From contig CM059432.1 in assembly GCA_030390025.1 (NCBI GenBank), positions 36,520,001 to 36,584,000 of the forward strand: a stretch of 64,000 nucleotides of DNA, read 5' to 3'. Each line of letters starts with the position of its first letter. The stretch's first letter is position 1. The stretch comes from Squalus acanthias. Lineage: Eukaryota. The position numbers and the translations under genes were made by a program. Below are positions 52,036 through 64,000 of this stretch, piece after piece. Below the pieces are notes generated by a model. It was not told where the DNA came from. It did no database searches and was given only the letters and a program-made list of their open reading frames with translations.

Positions 52036-52147
52036 TAAAACTAGTCTCCCTAAATGTTCCCAAATGAAGTGGTAAGGATTTGCAGCAAGAGCCTAAAACA
52101 TTTCCCCTTTCAATTTCATTGATTGCATATTTTTTATATATCTATAG

Positions 52148-52242
52148 CCAAACCAGAGGAACCATCAGCAGAGGGCATGACTGGAACAGAGAGTGCTGCA
52201 ACCTCCAAAGAGCACCCACTGAGCCCAGATACAAAGGGAAAG
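52148..52242 (+). CDS. MAP4: MAP4 internal exon, (A)KPEEPSAEGMTGTESAATSKEHPLSPDTKGK
   Basis: Acceptor tctatag|CC, donor AAG|gtaggc; 95 nt, phase 1 to 0; resembles the mammalian MAP4 ..PEEG...KELPPSPEKKTK exon. Confidence 0.85.
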
Positions 52243-52656
52243 GTAGGCACATGTCCCAGTTACAAAATCCTCTTTGTATGCTTTGTGTATTTGGTTTGCA
52301 CTGCCACATTTTTCTGTTAAATTTGTTCAGTCATCACTGCAGTTTAAAATCTGTGTTTTTGAGGCAAAATAGTTTTTGCTCTGTATGCTTTTGACTTTGT
52401 CCTTAGAAAAATGGCAAAATGCATTTTCAAGATTTTTCTTTAAACTGGCGCCGCTAACTCCCATTTCCTTTGAAACTCGGAGCACCATGGCACGTGTCGA
52501 AAAATGCCAGAGACCTGGCCCAGTGTGTATGTGCCTGGACATTGTCACATTTACTTCTGGAACAATGCAATATGATTAAGCTGGTGTGAGAGAGGCAGTG
52601 CTTTACTTGTGCAGTCTCCTGGGTTTACAAGCAAGAGCATTAGATGCATGGTAAAA

Positions 52657-53462
52657 CTCCTTCCTTCCTTCCTCCCTCCGTCCTCCCCTCCCTTCCCTCT
52701 CCTCCCCTCCCTTCCCTCTCCTCCCCTCCCTTCCCTCTCCTCCCCTCCCTTCCCTCTCCTCCCCTCCCTTCCCTCTCTCCTCCCCTCCCTTCCTTCCTCC
52801 CCTCCCCTCCCTTCCTCGCTCCTCCCCTCTCCTTCCTCCCCTCCCCTCCCTTCCCTCGCTCCTCCCCTCCCCTCCCTTCCCTCGCCCCTTCCCTCGCTCC
52901 TCCCCTCCCTTCCCTCGCCCCTTCCCTCGCTCCTCCCCTCCCCTCCCTTCCCTCACTCCTCCCCTCCCTTCCCTCACTCCTCCCCTCCCTTCCCTCGCTC
53001 CTCCCCTCCCTTCCCTCGCTCCTCCCCTCCCTTCCCTCGCTCCTCCCCTCCCTTCCCTCGCTCCTCCCCTCCCTCGCTCCTCCCCTCCCTTCCTTCGCTC
53101 CTCCCCTCCCTTGCTCCTCCCCTCCCTTCCCTCGCTCCTTCCCTCGCTCCTTCCCTCGCTCCTCCCTCGCTCCTCCCCTCGCTCCTCCCCTCCCTCCCCT
53201 CCCCTCCCTTCCCTCGCCCCTCCCCCTCCCTCGCCCCTCCCCTCCCTTCCCTCGCCCCTCCCCTCCCTTCCCTCGCCCCTCCCCTCCCTTCCCTCGCCCC
53301 TCCCCTCCCTCCCCTCCCCTCGCCCCCTCTCTCCACCCCTCCGCCCCTTCCCTTCCTTCCCCCTCTCCCTCCGCCTCTTCCCTCCCTCCACCCCTTCCCT
53401 CCTTCCGCCCCTCCCTCCCTCCTTCCCTCCCTCTCCTCCTCCCTCTTCTCTCCTTCCCTCTT
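52657..53462 (+). repeat. ~800-bp polypyrimidine/polypurine tract with ~21-bp units (ctcctcccctcccttccctcg)
   Basis: Direct inspection. Confidence 0.95.
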
Positions 53463-53690
53463 GGCTTGGCCGCTAACCCTTTATCGAGGGAGGGAGGCTA
53501 CTTTATGACGTTTAGACCAATCTTTTGTCTTCGTATAATTAAAATTTGTCTCGGAACCACAGAGTTTATTTACTTAGCGTAAATTATCATTGGCATTTTA
53601 CTTTTTTTTATTTGGGTTGCTTCTTTTAATTCCATGTTTCCTTTGGCATTGTCGACTTTTGTTTTATTCCCTTTTGCTGATACGTAAAAG

Positions 53691-53897
53691 ACGGGCACAC
53701 CGGCTACAAAGATCTCACCAACCAAAAGTAAGCCACAGCCGTCCGCCTCCCTTAAGCGACCTACAGCAGCTGCTCCGAGCCCCAATAAAAAACTCAATAC
53801 TTCCACTTCAACCACAACAGCAGCTTCCACTTCTAAGCGACTTACTTCTAGTCTGATGCGGCCTTCCTCTGCGACCACCAAAGACGTGAAACCAAAG
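53691..53897 (+). CDS. MAP4: MAP4 proline-rich region exon, TGTPATKISPTK...SSATTKDVKPK
   Basis: 207 nt open, phase 0-0; T-rich tract then aag| acceptor; donor AAG|gtaagg; ends in KDVKPK like the mammalian MAP4 exon. Not listed in the + ORF track because it lacks a start codon. Confidence 0.85.
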
Positions 53898-54244
53898 GTA
53901 AGGCTGGGCGGAGGGGGCACGCGTGTTGGGTGCTAATTTTGTTTTCCTTTTTCCTCAGTAAATATATTGATTTAATTAGCCCCCTCCCCCACAATGGCTT
54001 TGTTGGTAAATTTGCCATGTTCAATCCCCGGTCTATGCTGAGTTAGCTGACCTCAGCTGGGACAATAGGGACTGCAATTCATCTTTGCGCTTCTGAGATG
54101 GGGGTTGGGGAACATCGGCTAAGCTTGCCGTCCCCGTTCGCTGTCTATCGTGCTGATTCTGCGAACATCTGTTGAAGGCAGGGTCAATTGACTGAAATTT
54201 CCCAGCAGCAGAATAGCCTGCCATTGGTTACTGACGCTCTCGCA

Positions 54245-57200
54245 TGTATAAAACACTAGTTAGGCCTCAGCTAGAGTACTGCGTGTAGTTCTGGTCACCA
54301 CATTACAGGAAAGATGTGATTGCACTAGAGAGGGTACAGAGGAGATTTACAAGGATGTTGCCGGGAGTAGAGAATCTTAGCTATGAGGAAAGACTGGATA
54401 GGCTGGGTCTGTTTTCCTTGGAACAGAGGAGGCTGAGGGGAGACCTTACTGAGATGTATAAAATTATGAGGGGCATAGATAAAGTGGCTAGAAAGGACCT
54501 ATTTCCCTTAGCAGAGGGGTCAAAAACCAGGGGGCACAGATTTAAAGTAATTGGTGGAAGGTTTAGAGGGGATTTGAGGGGAAATTTCTTCACCCAGAGG
54601 GTTGTGGGCGTCTGGAACTCACTGCCTGAAAGGGTGGTAGAGGCAGGAACCCTAACCACATTTAAAAAGTACTTGGATGTGCACTTGGGATGCTGTAACC
54701 TGCAGGGCCAAGAGCTGGGAAGTGGGATTAGGCTGGATAGCTCTTTATGGCCGGTGCAGACACAATGGGCCGAAATGGCCTCCTTCCGTGCTGTAACTTT
54801 CTATGATACTATGTATAATAGGCACTTTGAATAAGTATTGGAGAGTGACTGGTGCCTGTGAAGCCATACTCCAATAAGGAGTTACTTGCAGGAAAGATAG
54901 AGAAGGAAAAAAGATGAGGTGGGGGATGGCTGTATTGATCAAATAAACTATTATAGCACTGGAGAGGGATGATGCAGTTGAGGGGCCAAAGACAGAGTCT
55001 ATTTGGTTAGAATTAAGGAACAATAGAGGAGCTATTATGCTACTGTGTATGCTATAGGCCACTAAATAGTGGGAAGGAGATACAGGAGCAAATTTGCAGG
55101 CAAATTACAAAAAGATGCAAGAACTGCAGAGAAGCGTTAATGGGGTGCTTCAATTATCCTAATATAGAGTGGGATAGTAACAGTGTAAAGGGCAAAGAGA
55201 GGGAGGAATTCCTGCAATCTATACAAGAGAACTTTCTTGATCACTGTGTTATCAGCCTAATGAGAAAGTAAACAATACTGGATCAAGTTCTGGGGAATGA
55301 AGTGGGGAAGTGGAGCATGTTTTAGTGGGAGAGCATATGTGGAACAGTGATCATAATATCGGGTTTAGAATAGTTATTGAAACGGACAAGATACAATCAA
55401 GCGTAAAAATACTTAGCCCTCCTCCAGTTAACTTCAGTGAGTTGAAAAGGGATCTGTCCCAGGTGGATTCAAATCAAAAATTGGTAGGCAAAATTGAACA
55501 ATTGGAGGCCTTCAAAGAGGAGATGGTTTGAGTACACACATTCCTATGAGGGGGAAAGGAAGGGCATCCAAAGCTAGAGCTGTCTGGATGACTAAAGATA
55601 TAGAGGTTAAAATGAGACCGAAAAGGCGGCTTATGATGGTTGTAAGGTTCATCATAAGGTACATAATGATTGTAAGGAAGTCTTGCTGCAATTATATAGG
55701 GCTTTGGTGAGATCTGGAGTACTGTGTACAATTTTGGTCTCTTTACCTAAGGAAGGAAATACTTGCCTTGGAGGAGTGCAACGAAGTTTCACTAGATTAA
55801 TTCCTGGGATGAGAGGGCTGTCTTATGAGGAGAGATTGAGTAGAATGAGCCTATATTCTCTAGAGTTAAGAAGAATGAGAGGGGATCTCATTGAAACATA
55901 TAAAATTCTTAGAGGACTTGACAGGGTAGCTACTGAGAGAGTGTTTCCCCTGGCTGGAGAGTCTAGAACTAGGGGTCATAGTCTCAGGATTAGGGGTCAA
56001 CAATTTAGGACTGAGATGAGGAGAAATTTCTTCACTCAGGGTTGTGAATCTTTGGAATTTTCTACCCCAGAGAGCTGTAGATGCTCAGTTGATGAGTATA
56101 TTCAAGACTGAGATTGATGGATTTTTGGGCAAAAGGGAATCAAGGGATACAGGGCTAGGGCGGGAAAGTGGAGTTGATGTAGAAGTTCAGCCATTATCTT
56201 ATTGAAGTGGAGCGTGTTTCAGTGGGAGAGCATTTGGGGAACAGCGTCTCCGCCCTTGCCTCAGCTCATCCGCTGCTGAAACCCTCATCCATGCCTTTGT
56301 TACCTCTAGACTTGTATAGTGCCTTAGGACGTTTTACTACGTTAAAGGCGCTATATAAATACAAGTTGTTGTTGTTGAATGGCGGAGCAGGCTCAAGGGG
56401 CCGTATGGCCTACTCCTGCTCCTGTTTCTTATGTTCTTATGTACCTTGTTTGAAGTTTACAAATGATACGAAATTTGAAAATATAGTAAACCATGAGAAT
56501 AGTAACAGATTTCAGGAGGACATAGACAGACTGGTGAAATGGGCATATACATGGCAGATGAAATTTAATGCAGAGAAGTGTAAAGTGATGCATTTTGGTA
56601 GGAAAAATGGGGAGAGGCAATATAAACTAAATGGTACAATTTTAAAGGGAGTACAGGAACAGAGAGACCTGGGTATGTATGTATGTATACAAATCTTTGA
56701 AAGTGGCAGGACAAGTTGAGATGGCTGTTAAAAAAGCATACGGGATTCTTGGCTTTAATAATGGAGGAATAGAGTACAAAAGCAAGGAAGTTATGCTAAA
56801 CCTAATTAAAACGCTGGTTAGGCCTCAGCTGGAGTATTATTTTCAATTCTGGGCACCACACTTTAGAAAGGATGTCAAGGCCTTGGAGAGGGTGCAGAAG
56901 AGATTTACTAGAATGGTACCAGGGATGAGGGGCTTCAGTTATGTGGAGAAGCTGGGGTTGTTCTCCTTAGAGCAGAGAAGGTTATGAGGAGATTAAATAG
57001 AGGTGTTCAAAATCCTGAAGGGTTTTGATCGAGTAACTAAGGAGAAACTGTTTCCAGTAGCAGAAGGGTCGGTAACCAGAGGACACGGATTTAAGGTGAT
57101 TGCAAAAGAACCAGAGGTGACAGGAGGAAACTTGTTTTACACAGCGAGTTGTTGTGATCTGGAATGCACTGCTTGAGAAGATGGTGGATGTCGATTCAAT

Positions 57201-57360
57201 AGTAACATTCAAAAGAGAATTGGATAAATATTTGAAGGGAAAACAGTTACAAGGCTATGCGGAAAGACCATGGGAGTGGCGCTAATTGGATAGCTCTACC
57301 AAAGAGCCGGCACAGGCATGATGGGCCACATGGCTTCCTTCTGTGCTTTATGATTCTATG
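54245..57360 (+). mobile_element. Stack of CR1 pieces: 3' RT (54245-54812), endonuclease region (~54860-55660), two further RT/3' ends (55670-56440, 56445-57360)
   Basis: RKDREG..GGMAVLIK..TESIWLELRN endonuclease motif; ORFs 54316-54834, 55683-56111, 56679-56987; gattctatg tail. Confidence 0.9.
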
Positions 57361-58267
57361 CTTTCAAGAAGAGGGAAAGAAATTGGTGTAAATCCGACTT
57401 CCTTTTTAAATGGGTGGATGCTTTGCCGTGTTGTTGAACAAGGTACTAGGATGCGCAAAGAGTATCTGATTTTTTGTTGCTGCACTTGGGTGCGGGGGTG
57501 GGGGTGGCGCAGGGTGGAGAAGAAGCAAATACCAGAGGCCAAAAACCCGACACCACCTCCTCACACATCCCCTTCCCTCCCTAGAGGGGAATCTGAGGGT
57601 CATTGGCTAGTGCTTATCATCTCCAATCACCATTGTCTGCCTAGCCTCATCTGAAGATGGTCAAATAGTTCCAGGGTGCCTAAAATTTGTGCCGTTTAAA
57701 AATAGTCACAATACATTGGGGCCACCAGATTCTTTCACTTTCTGATTCCCATCCTAAGTAACTATCCAATTCGTCCTTCTAGCTCAATCTCTCGCAAGTG
57801 CTTGCGTCTCCGCCTGCTTTTACGACCTCCATTTTTTTTTTCACTCTGGCACAGGTGCCCTCCACATTGGGCAAGGTGTCTACTCTCACCACCTGTAGTT
57901 GGAGTGCCGCCCTCACCTGTCCTCAGCAGATATCTAACCCAACTTTGCCTCTCTTCCACAGTTCTTATCCTGCAGTTGCAGTTTCCAGTTGATATTCTAA
58001 TTAGCCAAAAGTTGTGACTAATTTCATCGGGCAGCCGTTGTTGCAATCTCTCGACTGTGGATATTGGCTGCTGTCAACCCTCAATTCTCAGCTGAATAGA
58101 ATTCACATTTTACTGAAACACTTTCAAGTTCGTCTTTTTGCTTGGATACCAGTTTTAGCATATTGAAGGACATTTTTACCTTGTATATTCTTGTTATGAT
58201 GTCCTCATCGACAGCTTCAAGATAATAAGTGCCTATGTTCATTCTCGTCGTCATCAAGCTTGATGGG

Positions 58268-59185
58268 AGTGTTATCTTGGGTTAATTTAGTAACACTCTC
58301 ATCTCTGGGTCACAGGGTTGTGGGTTCAAATCCCACTTCAGAGTTTAAGCATATAATCTAGGCCAACCCTCCAGTACAGCACATGGGGATGTTGCACTGT
58401 CCGAGGAGCCATCTTTCCAATGAGAGTTCTCATCCGCCTGTTCAACTAAGCATGAAAGACCCATGGCATTTGTGAAACAACAGGATTTTTCATTTCCCTG
58501 GTCAGCATTCTTCCCTCAACCAACACCACCAATAAACAGATTAACTGGTCATTTATCGCATTGCTGTTTGTGGGATTTTGCTGTGTGAAAAATGGCTGTC
58601 ACATTTATCTACATGTCAGCCATGGCTCAGTGGGTAGCACCCTCGCTTCTGAGTCAGAAGGTTGTGGGTTCAAGTCCCGCTCCAGAGACTTGAGCATAAA
58701 AATCTAGGCTGACACTCCAGTCCAGTACTGAGGGAGTGCTGCCCTGTCGGAGGTGCAGTCTTTCAGATGAGATGTTGAACTGAGGCCCCGTCTACTCTCA
58801 GGTGGATGTAAAAGATCCTATGGCACTATTTCGAAGAGCAGGGGGGTTATCCCTTGTAACCTTGCCAATATTTATCCCTCAATCAACATGACTGTAAAAA
58901 TAAAAATTATCTGATCATTATCACATTCTTGATTGTGGGAGCTTGCTGTGCGCAAATTGGCTGCCGCGTTTCCTACATTACAACAGTGACTACATTTCAA
59001 AAGTACTTCATTGGCTGTAAAGCACTTTGGGACGTCCGGTGGTCATGAAAGGTGCTATATAAATGCAAGTCTTTCTTTTATATAGGGCACTGTACTTCAA
59101 AGTATTAAATTGTGTGTAATGTGCTCTCAGTTGTTTTGAGAGATGTGATAAGGTGATGTATTAATACAAGTTTGCTTGCTTTCAC
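58268..59185 (+). mobile_element. Older Deu-domain SINE split by a younger copy
   Basis: 5' part 58268-58613 and tail 59080-59185 are collinear with the SINE consensus order. Confidence 0.65.
58614..59079 (+). mobile_element. Full-length tRNA-headed Deu-domain SINE (SacSINE1/AmnSINE-like)
   Basis: A box tggctcagtggg, B box ggttcaagtcc, Deu core, and gctgtgcgcaaattggctgccgcgtttcctacattacaacagtgac...aaaggtgctatataaatgcaag tail. Confidence 0.85.
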
Positions 59186-59381
59186 CTGCTTCATCTTGAC
59201 AGCGGCCCTTGATCTTAAGCGGCCCTTGATCTTAAGCACCTTGACCCTGTTATTTTGCTTACCTTAATGCCCACACTCATTGCTCTCCAGTAGATATCTA
59301 AAGTCCTGTTCTGCATATTACTTCTGTATGAGCAGACCACTATCGTTAGCATAGCAAAGATTAGGTCCAGATTCCCTAGAT

Positions 59382-59650
59382 CACGGATGTCCAAACCACA
59401 GCAGATGGGCCAGATGCGGCCACTGAACCCTGCCAATCCAGTCCATTATGCCAAGACAGCTCAGTACCATTTATTTCTTATTCTCTGGTTAGTCCTGTTT
59501 GAATTTTGTGGGCCTTAAGGTTTAGCAAGGGCTGGTTTTACTGCTGTTGCCTCTTTGGTATATAAATCCTAAATCAGAACACCAAGACCCATTTGTACCA
59601 ATAAATGGAGATATGTGAAAATTAATGGGTGGCTCCATTGGACATACCTT
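59382..59650. mobile_element. Possible old hAT-Charlie-type MITE
   Basis: Imperfect TIRs cacggatgtccaa / ttggacatacctt and ggccagatgcggccc subterminal motif; no TSD seen. Confidence 0.35.
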
Positions 59651-60094
59651 AAGTGGCCCATAAGACGAGAGACAATGAATGTTGTCAGATTCTTGTGTAT
59701 TGCAACTGACTGTGATCCATTCCTTAGTTGATGCCTGGGCATTAGTGAAGAGGAAATTGGATATCTATCTGGAGCCTGACTGATTATTTACCCCATCTCC
59801 CCGAAACTTACTGGCAGAATAGGGGTGGTTTTGGCACTGGCACTGGTGCAGCAGCTGACGCAGCACAGATTGAGGATCCAACATGTGACGGTTAGAAATT
59901 TGAAAACTGAAGGGAAAAAAACACAGAACTTATGTCTTCCTCTACTTCCCACCTTGTCATCAAAGAAAATTAGACGTTTATTAAGAGTTCTAAATGCTGC
60001 TGTGATGTTCATTTGGGTAGTGGTTGGTGTCTGTCGATTTGTTATCTACCATTCCAGAGTTTGACTGGGCAGCCTATGCTGAAATCACTGCTTT

Positions 60095-60545
60095 TGAACT
60101 TCCCTTTTGAAAGTTACTATTGAATTTACTTCCATTACCCTTACAGGCAGTGCATTCCAGATCACAGCAACTCGCTGTGTAAAAAAATGTTTCCTCATGT
60201 CGCCTCTGGTTCTTTTGCCAATCACCTGAAATCTGTGTCCTCTGGTTACTGACCCTTCTGCCACTGGAAACTGTTTCTCCTTATTTACTCTATCAAAACC
60301 CTACATGATGTAGTACATCTCTATCAAATCTCTTAACCTTCTCTGCTCTAAGGCGAACAACCCCACCTTCTCCAGTCTCTCCACATAACTGAAGTTCCTC
60401 ATCCCTGTTACCATTGTAGTAAATCTCTTCTGCACCCTCTCCAAGGCCTTGACATCCTTCCAAAAGGGTGGTGGCCAGAATTGAACGCAATACTCCTGCT
60501 GATGCCTAACCAGTATTTTATAAACCTTTAGCATAACTTCCTTTT
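60095..60545 (-). mobile_element. CR1 fragment
   Basis: ORF 60301-60549 EYCVQFWPP..KDVKALERVQKRF. Confidence 0.85.
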
Positions 60546-61769
60546 GCAATTAATTTGGTCAGGGTAAACTGGGAGGGGGTAATGGAGCATGGGTGTGGCA
60601 CATTTTAAGGTGCTGTTGCATTACTCCATTGCAGTTGATCCCCAATTGGTGCCCACTTTTGAGCTGATCAATCTGTCTTTAGTCTGTCCCACTTAACACA
60701 GCAGTAGTGCCACACTACATAATGGAAGGTGTCCTCGCTGTGAAGAGGAGGCTTGGTCTTCAGTCCTACCAATGCCATTGTGAACAGATTGAGAAAAAAG
60801 GAGACGATCGAGATAGGAGAAAGCACAGAGTTTTGGGGAGGAGTTTGAAGGCGGGGCAAAGTGACGAACGGTGGAAAAGTATTCTAGAGTGACCGGGCTT
60901 TCTGGCTGAAGGCTCTTTCACTGATGGTGGAGCACAGGGAGAGGACACATGCTTTGCCAGGCGTGGAGGATGTATGCCATGGAGGGAATTGAAGACTAGG
61001 ATTAAAAGTTGATACATTGGGAGATAAGGCCAGTGAGGACTGGAGTGACCGTGAGTTTTGGACTTAGTACAAGATAGCAAATGTGCAACAGAGTTAATGG
61101 ACATGTTAGAAGTCATGTATGGTACAGCTTGGAATGTTGGCAAGAACAGCATTGCAGAAATCAAGCCTGGGGGAGACAAAGGCGACGATGAGACAGACAG
61201 AAATAGAAAGCCTTTAATCCATAGAGAATGAATGCCTCTGTAGAGGTGATGCGCTTGACTGGCATTTGTATTTGAATACAGCTAGAGAGCTTCTGTATGA
61301 AATGGCAGCTGTGATTTCCTGGCTTATTTTAGATAGAGTTTTAACATCATCTTTGTTCACTACATTTGAAAACAAATTTTCAGTTTTGTACATCATCTTC
61401 TTGGAAAAAGTGCGTCTGATGGACCCAATGATCTGTGGTGTCTAGACTAGAAGGTGGTGGTGGAGGCAGGGCCAGTTAATTTCATCAGTAGAATATTGAC
61501 TGAGGGGAAGGGGCAAGTTTGGAGTAGGAATTTCTGAGGAGTCCTTTCACAATCCGTCGGAGGGACAAAAATTATGGGCCAATTCCACGATCCAGCATTC
61601 CCAATGGGGTTCAAGCTGGCAGGGAGCACAATGCAAGAAATGGAAAACGCACAGCATCTTATTTCCCATGATATATTGCCTGCAGGCAAGGCTGAGAATC
61701 GGCCCTTTTATCCGTTGTCTGTATTTCAAACAAGTAAGTGATTCCATAATTTAAAAAAATATAGCTTGT

Positions 61770-62125
61770 TCTGTTTCCCCATCTCTAATCTCCTCCAGCC
61801 CCACAACCCCTCGAGATATCTGCACTCCTCTAATTCTGCCCTCTTGAACCTCCCTGATTATAATCGCTCAACCATTGGTGGCCGTGCCTTCTGTTGCCTA
61901 GGCCCTAAGCTCTGGAATTCCCTGCCTAAATCTCTCCGCCTCTCTACTTCTCTTTCCTCCTTTAAGACGCTCCTTAAAACCTACCTCTTTGACCAAGCTT
62001 TTGGTTATCTGCCCTAATTTCTCCTTATGTGGCTCGGTGTCACATTTTTTGTCTTGTAATACTCCTGCGAAGTGCCTTGGAACGTTTTACTACGTTAAAG
62101 GTGCTATATAAATACAAGTTACTGT
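61770..62125 (+). mobile_element. L2 LINE 3' end
   Basis: ORF 61766-62017 GGRAFCCLGPKLWNSLP...FKTLLKTYLF plus aaaggtgctatataaatacaag tail. Confidence 0.85.
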
Positions 62126-62584
62126 TGATTTGAAAGTTTTCATGTTTAAACCACCCTCCCCCCCCCCCCCCCATCTTGAAGCAAGAATATATAAGTTGCC
62201 ATGTTATCAAATTGCTTGAAATTGGAAATTAGTAGGGTCTATGCATGTAATTTATCAGGATATAGCAGTTTTTCCTCCAATTTCCTTCCCCTACTCTGCC
62301 TGAAGGTACCGACTCATGTTTTGTTTTAATTACACAGGCTCCATCCACTTGCCTGTATTTCACCCACGTGGCCATTCTTCACCTTGTGAATCTAGACAGC
62401 AAATGTTGGCATGGCATTCGGCCAAAGCCCCAGGAGTTGCTGCATAGTGATCAGAAGCAAGAACCCAGCCTAGTCGTTCCTTTTCCAGTGGCACTGAAGC
62501 CAGTAGTAGTGTGCAGGCTGTGATTAGCAAACTCAGAACGGGAATTAAACCTGTAATGTTGTGGTTTGTGTGGCTCAGCAGCAT

Positions 62585-63685
62585 ACCAGCTTGACTCAGT
62601 TGGTAGCACACTTGCCTTTGAATCAGAAGGTTCTAGGATCAAACCCCATTCCCTGACCTGAGCACGTAATCAAGGCTGACACTTCATTGCAGTGTTGAGG
62701 GATATACTTCATTGTCAGAGTTCCTATTGTTGGATACTTCTTTCCTTATCCTTTAAATAGATTCGTACAACTAGAGACAGTAATATGCTTGATAATTCAC
62801 TTCATTGGTTATCGACAAAACAGTAACCTTGAACACCCTAACCAATGACACAGAGTAACACACGTAAGTCCCACATCTGAGACTCACGTGCTTAGATATT
62901 GATGAGAAATCATGAAGATAGCTTCTCCAAGCCTGTTCATGACCCAGGGTCTCTTTTTTCTTCCTAACTAAGTAAAAACATGGCATTTGCCTTAAACACT
63001 TTCTTTGGGTCTCTTCCTGCCGAATGCATGTTTTACAATCACCCATTTGTTTCAAATAATTTGCCAGAGATGAGAGGCCTTGTACCTTTTCATAGCAGAC
63101 TGTTACTTCCTATTATTGCTCTCCTAAACCATGGCCCTGTTGGAAACAATCCTCTGATGTATGCACTCATAGCATCCTCTGCTGTGATAATAGCCTGTGT
63201 TTCAAAAGCTTTTCTTATCAACAGTATCTAGATGGGTTTTGGAGAACATGACAGGAAAAGATGGGCTTTTTTGAGAACACAGTTGGAAGCCAATCCTTCC
63301 AATATTACAGCTTTTGTCTCTGTTACAAATAAAAGCAATGTAAAGGCATATCGATATTCTAACAGCTATCGTTCGATGCAATGCTAAACCAAGGTCCTGT
63401 CTGCCTGTTCCTAGGGTTCAAATGGATGTTAAAGATCCTATTGCACTATTTGAATAGCAGTGAGTTTCCCATTGTCCAAGCCAACATTCATCCCTCAACC
63501 AACACCACCAAAAAAAACCTTTAACTTGCCATTCATCTCATTGCTGTTTGTGGGATCTTGCTATGTGAAAAATGGCTGCTTCATTTAGCTCCATAACTCA
63601 TTACACTTGAAAGTAATTCATTGTGTTTGAACTATTTTAAGATGTTTGAGAGTTGTATTGAGATGCTCTATAAATGCAAGTCTTT
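62585..63685 (+). mobile_element. Deu-domain SINE split by a 637-bp insertion
   Basis: Head 62585-62727 and remainder 63365-63685 rejoin into the SINE order. Confidence 0.65.
62728..63364 (+). mobile_element. Candidate solo LTR
   Basis: Begins TGTTGGATA, ends TATTCTAACA (imperfect inverted termini, TG..CA); flanks cctat/gctat (5-bp TSD, 1 mismatch); AATAAA at 63328. Confidence 0.55.
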
Positions 63686-63776
63686 ATACTAAGCCATCAG
63701 GGATGGCTGTAGTTTTCCCTCATTCTGATGCTACAAAACAGACAGTGATACTGAAAACCCTTTGTTTTTGTTGCAG

Positions 63777-63954
63777 GTAACTGAGGCTAAGAGCCCAGTG
63801 AAGCTCCCCTCATCCAGACCATCATCTGCAGGTGTGACAAAAACATCCAGTAACACTACTATTAAGAGCAGTACAACATCGCTGCAAAAAATGGCTGCTA
63901 CTACTGGATCTACTCAGAGAAACACCACACTCTCTACCCCTAAAAGGCCAACAT
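63777..63954 (+). CDS. MAP4: MAP4 proline-rich region exon, VTEAKSPVKLPSSRPSSAG...LSTPKRPT
   Basis: Acceptor tttgtttttgttgcag|G, donor T|gtgcgt; 178 nt, phase 0 to 1; ends PKRPT (mammalian PKKPT). The tau-like microtubule-binding repeats would lie beyond the window. Confidence 0.85.
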
Positions 63955-64000
63955 GTGCGTATCGAAGTCTTGATGTCACTGGATATGTGAAGGGACTGTG

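Noticed and set aside
52603..53582. 260-310 aa Pro/Ser/Leu- or Gly/Arg/Glu-rich ORFs
   Set aside because: Artefact of a C/T-only tract that cannot contain stop codons.
58614..58690. tRNA gene
   Set aside because: A and B boxes are present but continue into a SINE body and tail; these are tRNA-derived SINE heads.
59201..59237. 17-bp tandem duplication (gcggcccttgatcttaa x2)
   Set aside because: Simple local slippage with no further structure.
62724..63379. Apparent 14-bp degenerate TSD (ctattgttggatac / ctatcgttcgatgc) suggesting a retrocopy
   Set aside because: Better explained by TG..CA termini with a 5-bp TSD; no poly-A tail or recognisable ORF in the insert.

Overview
Vertebrate genomic DNA, most likely a cartilaginous fish (shark), judged from the repeat landscape: CR1/HER1-type LINEs, Deu-domain tRNA-SINEs, L2 relics and Penelope-like termini. 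The window lies inside one + strand gene that I recognise from recalled motif similarity as MAP4 (microtubule-associated protein 4). Five coding exons have compatible splice phases: a large projection-domain cassette with a 26-aa tandem repeat (5228-7252/7452), the alternative N-terminal oMAP4-type exon (ATG 29582-31394), and three Pro/Ser/Thr-rich exons (52148-52242, 53691-53897, 63777-63954). The rest is intron filled with decayed, often nested transposable elements. Most notable: (1) Penelope-type termini carrying minimal hammerhead-ribozyme motifs, including a 91-bp-arm palindrome with two head-to-head copies and a covarying stem II; (2) a frame discontinuity or dual donor at the end of the big MAP4 exon, followed by RBFOX/QKI motifs; (3) a near-identical ~320-bp inverted duplication; (4) a candidate solo LTR, hAT MITEs with 8-bp TSDs, a 39-bp minisatellite with higher-order structure and a three-part chimeric retro-insert. 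No database searches were run. Family names come from memory and TE boundaries are approximate.
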